Part shown: in pieces, positions 40,807-51,018 of the stretch
Position numbering within the stretch: position 1 is the stretch's first letter
How the letters are laid out: each line of letters opens with the position of its first letter
DNA from: Phoronis australis
Taxonomy: Eukaryota; Animalia; Phoronida
Assembly (NCBI GenBank): GCA_002633005.1
Contig: NMRA01000643.1
Span: forward strand, 166,544 to 230,543
DNA length: 64,000 nucleotides
Direction of reading: 5' to 3'
Notes under the pieces: generated by a model
What the model was told of the DNA's origin: nothing
Database searches by the model: none
The model's input: the letters and a program-made list of their open reading frames with translations, nothing else
Program-made: the position numbers and the translations under genes

Positions 40807-43800
40807 TATACCCGACATATCAACACTGTTTCACCATTCTCATCGCACAATTTTCTTGAGCTATAGACAAAAGTAAGCTTTCCAGACAACATGTTGTTTG
40901 TCGGGTAAAACGGCGGCTTGGAAACGCAGACGAAGGTGTGTCAAGAATGCTGCATTCTGATTGGTCAATTAAGCTGTCAGTCATAATCCTGGCAATAGGT
41001 AAATTACGAGTTCGCAAGCACACTTGTACAAAGCGACACAGTGATTTGTCTTTGGATGTGAAGTTTCCGTGCAGGGGGAAGTCGAGCAAGGTCAACCTTG
41101 GACTTGTAAGTGAAAATTTCATCTTCACCAAACATGTTGCGCAACATCGTGTTACGAGTAGCATCTATCCATTACTTTCGACTCGTACATGAAGCAGGGG
41201 AACTCCTCCATCCCTTTCAAAACTTCAGAACGTACAACCCAATCAACGACAAGTTGCCTGTATGCTTGGCGAAACTTTGGATTCTTTTCCATCTTTTTAA
41301 GGGGGCCAACCTTTCATTTACCTTTAAAATCACTGGTGCAATCTTCTGCAGTGCATGTATAAAACCCAAGTACAATTTCGCTGTAACATTTTCCCAAAGA
41401 TTTTGGCCAGTTTAGAGCGATTCAGTAGCCGCCGATGTTTTCCAAACTCTGTATCTAGATATACCAGTCAACTTTATGGCATAAGTGCATGTATGATGCA
41501 GCAGAAGTACAAAGAAGAATTCAGTGTCAGGGGTTCTGACACGGCATTTCTGTACCCAAGTGAGACAACCTACTGGAGGTACAAAACAATTCTTGTGTCG
41601 GTCTCTTCTTCGTTGCTGTAGGTATGAACATGAAACATCAGATTAATGACATCGCACATTATTTTAAAGTAAGAAATTCTCAGAAAACTATGTTCAGAAA
41701 AAAGATTGTGGACTTTCTAGCCATCGGATGTAACACGTTCATGGGCTTTTCCGTCTGCAATCAGGATGGCCATCTCGCTCTTCTCCAACCTGGAAACTGG
41801 CTTCTCACCTCTCCAGACTTACAGTAACAGTTGACAGAGTTGCGTTTTGTTGTCATCATTTGCAAGAAATGTTTTGAAGTCTGAACTGCCACGTTGTAAT
41901 CATTCCTGGGCTTTGATAGAATAAGGGAGATAGCTGACAATTGAGAACAAGAAGTGGTTCTTCGATGCCATCTTATCAAGTACTTGTAAGTAGATCTCAA
42001 AACATAGGAGGGAGATTAGCTAACGTGTGGAGAAGTGTCATGCCATCTTGAATGAATAGAGCATCCTCAGGTTAATGAATGTGTTCTGGAGCAATGTCTT
42101 CCAGAAGATAATGCAAGAGGGAGGCTTTGTTGGTCTTGGAAAACAGGCCATCTGTTGTTCCAAGATGGAGCTTCTACTTGGAGACTTCGTTGTCGGTTGT
42201 GACCTGTTGATGACTAGCATTGCTTTATGTTTGGAGGTTTCAAGACCAGGCTTCACCTCTTGAATCATGATTCCTCAAGCTCTGTTGATGATGTTTCTGC
42301 CTCGTACATTCGTGGTCATTTTATTCAAATTGTCTCACTCACAATGGGTTACATTGTTACCCTCACTTTTGAGGAGTAAGATGAGTTGACACGCTCCCAT
42401 CACATTTGTCAAAGCGGTTTCAAAATCAAAGACCAGGTCATAGCTCTCCGAGTGACCCGGCCAATTTGTGCAAAATAGTAGTAAGCTGCTTGCTTCGAAG
42501 CAATTTTCTGATGGTCACACAAAGAAGTACATGCTTTGAAGGTAACTTCCACTTTCTGTCTGTGATATCTTAGAGGAAATCAGTCTCTTGAATTTTTCAC
42601 CCCAGTCATCAACAAATGAAGAAATCGGATGAGTTCTGGATGCAGAAGTTTTGCAAATATCAAGTTTCATAATCGCCTGTTAATGACCACGGTAGTTTTG
42701 AAGACTGTTTGCATGCCTTAGGAATGTCATCTCAATGAGTGAGCGCAGTTTTTAGACGTTTACCTATACTTCCTAAACAATATGCGTTCACCAAAGCAGA
42801 TGAAAAGTTATACTTGATCTATGAATCAACCAAAATGATAGTGTCACCAATTTTTGTGAACTTCACCTTGTTTTGCAATGGACCTGTTTTGAAATGATTC
42901 AATAGTTTCTCAGAACCGTACCAAAGATCCCCATGCCCGTTCCATTTTAGTTCCTCAACGTACAGCAGCAGAAGGAAGAGACCTTGATGACATCATTTTG
43001 TTGAACAATGTGAGTTTTAAGCTGCGGTAGTTTTTTGCATTCATGTTCCTGTCACATTGCGTAAAGCTGTAAATTAAATTGCCCTGGTCAATTACAGAAT
43101 CTAAATGAAGATTGCATACGGGTAGAGACTGATCTTAGGCTTCAGTTGATAAACTTTGACCTCGTTTTCTTGTAGGCATGATTTTTACATGTGAATGGAC
43201 GAGTGCCTATTACTAGCCTGCAAACGGGGATAAAATAATAGACAGCGCACCTTAATTTTAATGAAATCAAAATACGGACAATTTCATCGAATTTTCTGAA
43301 GAAGTTTTGACAGAAATTATTTTGCCGGACTCGGGACTGCAGCCTATTGGACCCGGTGCGGATCGAGACAAGACACTGGCGAACGGTAAAGGCATGCGGT
43401 TCGGTTGCAAGCGGTTTTGTCGAAGTAAAATGTTCAAATCATAAATGCCGTATATATTCAAAGGTAGTTTCAGACGCTTGCATAAAATTAGGGGCTGGTT
43501 AATCCTGTGTCACACTGCCGTGGCAACCCTTAGATAGCCTCAGTGCCAGCTACCAGTATGAAGACTACCGTCAAAATACAGCTAGCTTGTTAGTAGGCCC
43601 ATGCAGCTTTGGGCCAAGGCTACCCTTAGGCCTACCTGGTCGCTGGCCACAGCGCTCGCTCAAACGAGGTTTATTTAGAGCTTGAGTACTTCTAGCGAAC
43701 TGTGCAAAGTTGTTGGCTTTCAACAGAGATTTTCCCTGACTTTGTATGAGCGCACCAAGCTTAAAAAGATGGGGGTGCTGGAATTTTTAGGAATGTCTAT

Positions 43801-46334
43801 CTTTTACTCTTATTCACTCTGTATGTTCAAAGTTATGAATTGCAGACGCTAAATTTTGGTACTTCCTGTCTTCTAGTGGAATATCGTCTCGTTTTCTACT
43901 TTTTTCGGAGTTTGTGCTTCTCTGACTGAGGCAGACCTTTTTCCATTTCTCCAAATTGGGGTCTCGTTCGAGCACATAAGTATGACAAGTCCAATACAAA
44001 ATGTTATCACTTTTTATTCATTAAGCCAAAATGATTCAACCTTTTAACATAATAAGTAACTTAAAATGCACAATACTTTACAACATTTAGCATTACACAA
44101 ACACTACTCAACAGCAACTTTCCACGATATGAAAGTGGGCATACATGTAACTATTACCATGGTGACCGAATAGTGTTTTCTTACACCAGAATTTGGCAAG
44201 CATGATTATAAAAATATGAAGTTGCAAGGGACAAGAATTGGAGGCTTGAAGCTTCCCAATCCAACATAGCTTATTTCTCAAATTAAGATTATTCAATCCA
44301 TATTGTTGACTTGATAACCTGAATTAAGAAGCAATAAGTTACAAAACATGACTTGAAAGCAATTGAGACTTAAAATTTTGAAAAATATGAATCATTTTGT
44401 GACACCGAATCAAGCCTTTAACAGCAGTTGACAGTCAAACAAAAAACCATTTGAAAATTATTTCAACTATTTTTAAGCTTAGTGTAAGATCACCTGAATA
44501 GGAAGTTCACATTAAAATAATTCCAATTATCTTATAGTTTTGCACAGAAAAACCCTAAAATTGAACAAAGTTTCTGTTTTGTAGCAATGTTTGTCAAAAT
44601 GTATCAACGTTAAATCTTCACAAATTACAAAGTAGCAGGTTGAACATGCCTTCCAGTTCACCAAAAGTCGCCATGTTGTCGGTGCCGCCAGAAATGAGAC
44701 GAAGTCCAACGGGAATTGTGAGCACATTTATCACTTAATGAGTAACAACTGCGAGGCTGAAATTTGGTGAATACTATTGAATCGTGCAGAATAGTAAGTA
44801 AAGATATGTCTCGCTAAATTTCACCATAAATTATTGGCGATAACAGTTTACACAAAGTTTTAAATTCGTAACTTATACCTCTGTCCTCCAATATGGCCGA
44901 TGCGATCCATACGAGGTGACCCAAATTTCGCCACAAAAATTGCAATAACTTTACAGTGCTTGCCCCGATTTTGATACTTTTCGATTTTTACTGAGTAGAA
45001 TGCACTACCTTCCCGATGATAGCAAAGCACTTTTTCAAAAAAGAAAAAAATCAAAACAGAAAAAATGGTTCGACTCATATTGGTTCCTAGGTTCGATCGC
45101 CCTACATAAGGAACTAAACACCAATGCTATTTTAATATAATAAGTACGCGAAACATTCCAAACAAATTCAACGACTACTAACTACAAACTATGAATACAC
45201 TACACACACAAACGAATCACGAGATATTACTAATAAAACAAAATAATGAAGACTTTTCGAGCAAGCGATAGCACTTTCAGTTACAAGTACAAGTTCCTGA
45301 ACTGATGAGCCGGAAATGTGAGTACGGAAATAACCTATGACAGCCGGTAATTATACGCTCACAGAGAAGGGTCAAATACTGTTAAAAAATCGCTTTTGGC
45401 AAGAAAGGCGAAAAGAATATAAAGAAAGGGTGTCGAAAATAATATTTTATGTGGTAAGTATTTTCGGATACTGGAACCACATGGGCAGTTTGAGACCAGG
45501 ACTTTAACTTCGAATGCAGTCCAATTTCCCTGTCCCCCACATTGGATTCTCTTTGATTGACATGTCAGCAACCTATATGACTGTATTTTATGTTAGTTTG
45601 TATTCAAGACGTTTTTTATGTCAACAGATGATTTACAGCTTTGATGTGTTAGAAACAACGTTCCTCTTCTTAAAAGATGAGAAACAATTGTTTCATTTAT
45701 TGAACTTAAAATGTATTTTGGTTGGACTGCAACTTTAACATGATGTCACAGTTTGTTTTCTTCAGATAAAAATAGCGGATTATCATGCCCCACACAACAT
45801 TTCTGTTCCATATGTTGAGTGTTTTGTACATGTAAGATAACTTTTATCACTTACTTGTAGCTCTAATGTAATGTTTGACCCACAAAACATAAGCCCAGAC
45901 ATTTAGCTCTTTCAATTATATGAAAAAGTCGGGGAGATATTGCGAAATGTAGCAAAATCTGTAATGGTGGCACTAGCTTGCATAAAAACTGCATGTGGGA
46001 TATTTTTTCAGCTTGTTAACATCATTTTTCCGTTTTCACACACAATTTCCTTCGTGAAACTGTAACTCATTTGAAGTTGAAGTCCCGGGGGGGTGCACGA
46101 TTAAGGGTTGTCTTTGTGGAAAGTGCTTCAAGGATAGAACTGACCTGTATCATTATGGCTAAGAAAATACATTTTGTGGTGACTTTTGACCTTCTCTTGC
46201 CCGTTATAGTTCAAGGTACATTCTCAATACTAAATATTCAACAAATGCGCTGTTAGTAATTCCATTGTAACATGCCAGCTGGATAATATTTTGTCATTAC
46301 TTTGACATCCTGGATTTTCTTCCTGTATTAACTG

Positions 46335-47921
46335 TCAAAGGTGTTCCACATAACCTTTGTTATCAACTCCAGTATAGTAAAGTGATAGTTGTATTGGAAC
46401 AGTGTATAAATTATCTGGCCTTCGCTTTGCTGAAGCCTCTCTTGCATTTTCTGAATCAAGTTCATTTGTTTTCATCTCCATCATCAGATCTTTATTTAGT
46501 TTCTCAGGGGCTGCTTTTGAAACATGTCGAGTTTTGGCAAGCTTTTCAGAATTCAAGTGCTTTGTTAACACAACTGGCGAATTTGGCGGGTCCAACTGAA
46601 AGACAGGGTTGGTTACCTCATAGCTTGTGACATCATCATTTGAGATTAATGATGCACACGTTGGAGAATCAGTCTTCAGTACTGAAGAGTAGCTTAGCTG
46701 TCCCTGAGTTATGTAACGAGGCTTCCTGTTTTTCGGAACGTTCAGTTGAGTCGATCGTTCTGGCACTGGTCCCAGAAACGAAGGTGTTTTCTTTAAGCTT
46801 GTTTCGTTGTTTTCATTCTCCTGAGGATGTAGCAGTGGATGGCGTATTCTGTATGTTTCCTCCATTTTATTTATCACTGCTGGCTTTATTTTGTTGATTT
46901 CAGAACTTGTAGAAGCTTCCGAATCTTGTAGTTGTGACCGTTTCAACTCTTCTTTTCCCAATTTCTTTGCCCCTTTTGATTTCTTAGCTTTTGTCAACTT
47001 CAGCACTTTTTCTCCTGTACGTTGTTTTCCAACTTTCTTCTTCAGCATCTTTATGCGACATTTCAACTCTGTAATGATCTCTTGCTTCCAGACGCACGCC
47101 AGCAATATCACAACACTGTCAAGAATCATGGCAATCTCTCTTGTCAATTCTATAGCAGAGTTATTGGGCTGGGTAAACAACATAAAATGTGTAGCCATGT
47201 TTACTGTCATGGATATAGAACAAGCCGCGTTGCGTAATGTATTCCTCTTCTCAGATTGAGTCGTCTGAATGCTGTTTATTGAGTCTTTTTGGTAGAAACT
47301 CTTTATCATTGTCACACAGCAGTTGCTGTATATCACAAAGTTAGTGAACACAAAACAACTGCATGGAACGACAAAGAATGCCAAGAGTGCGGGTACAGTA
47401 GAGATGAAGCATGTTGTCTTCCCTATTCCGAGGTCAAAACCCAAAAACGCACTGATCCCGCTATGTCTTCCTGTGGTCAATGTAACCAGAATTATCGGCC
47501 CGACAATTACCAGTGGCAGTAACCAGCAGTAAAGGGTGTATGTGATGTACTGTTTCACGTGCAACTTCTTCCCTTGGAAGTAGTGCGTGAGGTTCCACCA
47601 GTTATCAATGGCGTTCATCTTCAACCACAGGAATGTCGCCACCCAGAAATACTGGTTCAAGCTGGCTCCTGTCCAACACACGGCTTGGTTCTGTGTGGCG
47701 TGCAGAGTAGAGACTCCGACGGTCTGTTGTGCCACTCGAGCAAGGCACATGTTGATGATACAGTATCCGCCAGGAGTGTGGAGCCGCGGTACAATGATGT
47801 AGACCACAGCGGTTGTGGTCAGCATGACAATACTGGCCACCGTGATTATTTGCTCGACTTGGAAAAATTCCGCATCCAAGCCATCTTTAGTTACGTTTGA
47901 GTGTGTTGTTAATGGACTCAT
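46335..47921 (-). CDS. Class B2/Mth-like 7TM receptor copy 3, 528 aa, nested antisense in an MTO1 intron
   Basis: Uninterrupted ORF with the same TM motifs as copy 1; lies between MTO1 exons 37154-37270 and 53546-53676. Confidence 0.88.
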   Translation of the reverse strand: MSPLTTHSNVTKDGLDAEFFQVEQIITVASIVMLTTTAVVYIIVPRLHTPGGYCIINMCLARVAQQTVGVSTLHATQNQAVCWTGASLNQYFWVATFLWLKMNAIDNWWNLTHYFQGKKLHVKQYITYTLYCWLLPLVIVGPIILVTLTTGRHSGISAFLGFDLGIGKTTCFISTVPALLAFFVVPCSCFVFTNFVIYSNCCVTMIKSFYQKDSINSIQTTQSEKRNTLRNAACSISMTVNMATHFMLFTQPNNSAIELTREIAMILDSVVILLACVWKQEIITELKCRIKMLKKKVGKQRTGEKVLKLTKAKKSKGAKKLGKEELKRSQLQDSEASTSSEINKIKPAVINKMEETYRIRHPLLHPQENENNETSLKKTPSFLGPVPERSTQLNVPKNRKPRYITQGQLSYSSVLKTDSPTCASLISNDDVTSYEVTNPVFQLDPPNSPVVLTKHLNSEKLAKTRHVSKAAPEKLNKDLMMEMKTNELDSENAREASAKRRPDNLYTVPIQLSLYYTGVDNKGYVEHL

Positions 47922-48129
47922 CTTGTCATATCCACGGATTATGAAATGAATTCGAACTAGGATTTGTTAACTATGATGGCTCTTTTTCTCGCTTGAGAGT
48001 CTATATGCATTACCAGCATGTGTGATTTCGTATTAATAATAATGCATTGAGCTCTGCAGTGTTAGCCAATCAGGATATAGTGGTCGTGTCTACATAAAAT
48101 TTAATATAAAATCTACCATCTATTAGCAT

Positions 48130-48315
48130 CAGGGCTTGGAATTTTCCAATTTAAGGGATTTCCTATTTTCCGTTTCAATTTTTTTTTTTTGATTTCATTT
48201 CCAGTCTCTTCTTTTTTGTCTCTTTTTCTTCATTTTTTGATTTTATTCATGGAAAAACTTTCCTTTCAGTTAAATTTTACAACACAAAAAATATTTCTAG
48301 CACACAAGCCTATTT
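48130..48315. mobile_element. hAT-like MITE, paralogue of the 33318 copy, interrupted by another insertion
   Basis: cagggcttggaattttcc start in the same flanking context; homology stops near 48315. Confidence 0.65.
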
Positions 48316-49049
48316 ACGGTAAAGTCGCGTGATTTTCGGACACTGAAAATTAATTCCAATAGAAAAAATTCATTCTTGGACGAATCTCGCGAAATATCAT
48401 TTTGTGGTGTCCGAATTTGGCGGACCTCCAAATTTGGGTTTCCGCTAGTGTCCGAACTTCGTGGGTGTACATTATTTCGATGAGCGGTCGTAGTATCAAC
48501 ATTGCTGGCTCGGTCGTTTGATAGCAGTACAATTGCAGGTAAATGAGACTCAAATGGTCTGAGCGATTAATTTTTGAAAATCTGCCTTTCCCAATAAGAA
48601 ATGTGCGCCGTCGACGCACAAAGACCGTTCCCAACTAGTGTTGGTTCTTCTTTTCAAAGATGTGCTTTCTCAATATGAAATATTCGGCTTGCATTGCCGA
48701 TGCTCAAAAACCGTTCTCGGTAAGTGACGGAATCTTTTCAAAACTGCGCTATCTCACTTGAAATATCGGGCTGCGTTGTGAAGAGTCTTCCTGGTGACAA
48801 ATATGGGCTTTTCAATGAGTGGGTCTGGTTTGCGTTGTTGACGCACATGAAACGTTACAGACAACCGATTCTCTTTTGTAAAAATGCGTTTTCTCAACAA
48901 AAAAAANTACTATTGTTGTTAGGACATTAATCCAGGGATTCGGAATGCTGCTGTCAACCTGTCTACCGTAAAAAAGTTGTCTTTCAGTTTATACCTTTGA
49001 CTTTCTGAAATTGGTCTCAACATGTTCTTTATTCAAATGAGAGGGGTTT

Positions 49050-50016
49050 GTTTAGCTGGGAACTCTCTGCCTTCTTCAAGTTCATTAATGAGTTTGACCC
49101 TAACATCAAATTCACTCAGGAACCCTGTAAAGACCGCAAACTACCATTTCTGGACTGTTTTGTCTCCATTAAACAGGACAGATCATTTGACACAAAGTTT
49201 TACCGCAAGAGTACTCACACTGATAACTATTTGCAATTTGACTCAAACCATCCTCTCATCCACAAGCTGGGTGTGATTCGCACTTTGAACCACACAGCTA
49301 ACACCATCATTTGTGATCCTTCGACCGTTTGTGAGGAACTGAACTACGTTAAAGATGCTCTTGCCAAATGCGGTTATCCACGTTGGTCGTTCACCAAAGC
49401 GGAAAGATCTAAGAGGAGAAAAGTAAACAATCAGACAACCACTACTGTGAGTTCTACTCATGTGGTGATTCCCTACGTCCAGGGTCTTTCTGACCTCCTC
49501 AAGAGGACATTTAAACAGTTTGACATTTCTATCATCCACTAACCATTTACTTCTCTCTGCAGCCAACTGGTTAATGTCAAGGACAAGACCCCCAAGGGTA
49601 ACAAATCATGTTTTGTCTATAGTGTTCAGTGTAAAGATTCACAGTGCTCAGTTACATACTAGGTAAAACAAAACAGTCCATAAAAATGCGTATGTCAACA
49701 TGGTCGTCCTAGTTACGCGAACATTTATGATTCAGTTATTTTTAGCCACCTGTGCGCCACCGGACATGAATTCAATACTGATGATGTCACTATCCTAGAG
49801 TGTAAGGAAGACTGGTTCAGAAGGGGTGTAAAGGAAGCTCTCCATGAGCGCATTGAGAGTCCCTCTTTAAATAAAAAAGCGGTTTAAGATTCAATTTGTC
49901 ACATGTATGGGACGTCAATGCTGCGCCGTCTGGTCAAAATGCCACCAATTGGCCAGAATAACGATTACGTCACAAGCCAAGCTGAAGTCCGTGAAATGCG
50001 GACGTAATGCCGCTAA
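49050..50016 (+). mobile_element. 5'-truncated Penelope-like element (RT C-terminus + GIY-YIG endonuclease + 3' end)
   Basis: IKFTQE..LPFLD..YRKSTHTDNYLQFDSNHP..K, then IPYVQGLS, VYSVQC..Y.GKTK and R..KEALH..PSLN with frameshifts. Confidence 0.9.
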
Positions 50017-50880
50017 TTTTTATGTGCCCACATATTTTTATGTGGACGCATTATGCAGTCATCTCCGGGCGGTGTCCGTCCGGCATCCGCTGCTCTATCT
50101 CCAAAACCCTTTGACTTACGTTCATGAAATTTGGCACATATGTTCCATTCATGAACGGGACGGCATGAGCGAACTTTCGGGCAGATCCGACCACCGGTGT
50201 GTCCCCTACTGGCAATTTTATTTTTTTGCGCTTACCTTTGTATCTTCAAAAGTCCTGAACGGATTGTCATGAAATTCGGTATGTAGGCACCTACCGGTAT
50301 TAGTGAGATGGCGCTATCCTCCCGTTTTCGGATGGATGCAACATAGTTTGCGCCACCTAATGGCCATTTTTACTGGTTTCGAGTCTGTTTTTCGCGTCCA
50401 CCTCTCTATAAACCAAACCGCTCAAAGGATGATTGTGAAAATGTATGTGCTTACTATGAAGAGGACGGTTGACGATGATTTTCCGACGATTGGCTACTGT
50501 GGCCCCTCCTAGTGGCAGATTTTTTTTTTTTGCGCCTGTGGCTGTATCTCCTAAACCGTTCGCAGGATCTTTACGAAATTTAGTAATGAATGACGACGAC
50601 TTTTAGACAGATCCGACTACCGGTGTGCCCCCTAGTGGCAATTTTATTTTTTTTTACGTTTACATTAATTTGTTTGTGTCTTCAAAAGTCCTTAATGGTT
50701 TTTCATGAAATTTAGTATGTAGGCACCTATTAGTGAGGTGATGCTATCCTCCCATTTTGGATGGATTCGACATAGTTTGGGCCACGTGGTGGCCATTTTT
50801 ACTGTTTTCGAGTCTGTTTTTTGCGTCCTCCCCTCTATTAACCAAACCGCTCGTAGGATGATTGTGAAAATTGGAATGTA
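50017..50880 (+). mobile_element. HINE/DINE-like element, 3'-truncated
   Basis: Same 5' structure and internal repeats as the 38639 copy. Confidence 0.8.
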
Positions 50881-50954
50881 GTATCCAGTATTGGACTCAA
50901 AATTTATCTGTTTTCTCAACTGCGTGTTTCAAAATTTTCATGCTTTTACATGAT

Positions 50955-51018
50955 GATATGCAAGTGGAACTCTTCAGGAAGATTCCAGGCTTGGAGCAGG
51001 TTGATCTGGTCAGACCAG
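50955..51018 (+). pseudogene. MTO1: 5'-truncated duplicate of MTO1 exon 37154-37270
   Basis: gatatgcaagtggaactcttcaggaagattccaggcttggagcaggttgatctggtcagaccag|gt, followed by ~200 bp of duplicated intron. The acceptor and first ~53 nt are missing. Confidence 0.9.

Larger units (their letters stand above)
37492..46103 (-). mobile_element. Large decayed DNA transposon, probably Academ (AcademX-like), with nested insertions
   Basis: Starts TAG. Imperfect inverted repeats cgtgcacccc..ggacttcaac (37519) and gttgaagtcc..ggggtgcacg (to 46099). Broken minus-strand frames at ~40900-43100 give DGLFSKTNKASLLHYL, FIQDG, DFKTFLANDDNKTQL, EEETDTRIVLYL and VDLARLPP (XPG-like nuclease blocks). The superfamily call is from memory. 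Confidence 0.6.

Noticed and set aside
45300-45335. ctgatgagccggaaa as a hammerhead ribozyme
   Set aside because: It has CUGAUGA but no convincing stem II closing before GAAA and no stem I/III partners.
1309-47900. Plus-strand ORFs overlapping the GPCRs (e.g. 1904-2341, 31393-32016, 46891-47900)
   Set aside because: Antisense shadows of real coding sequence with no independent motifs.
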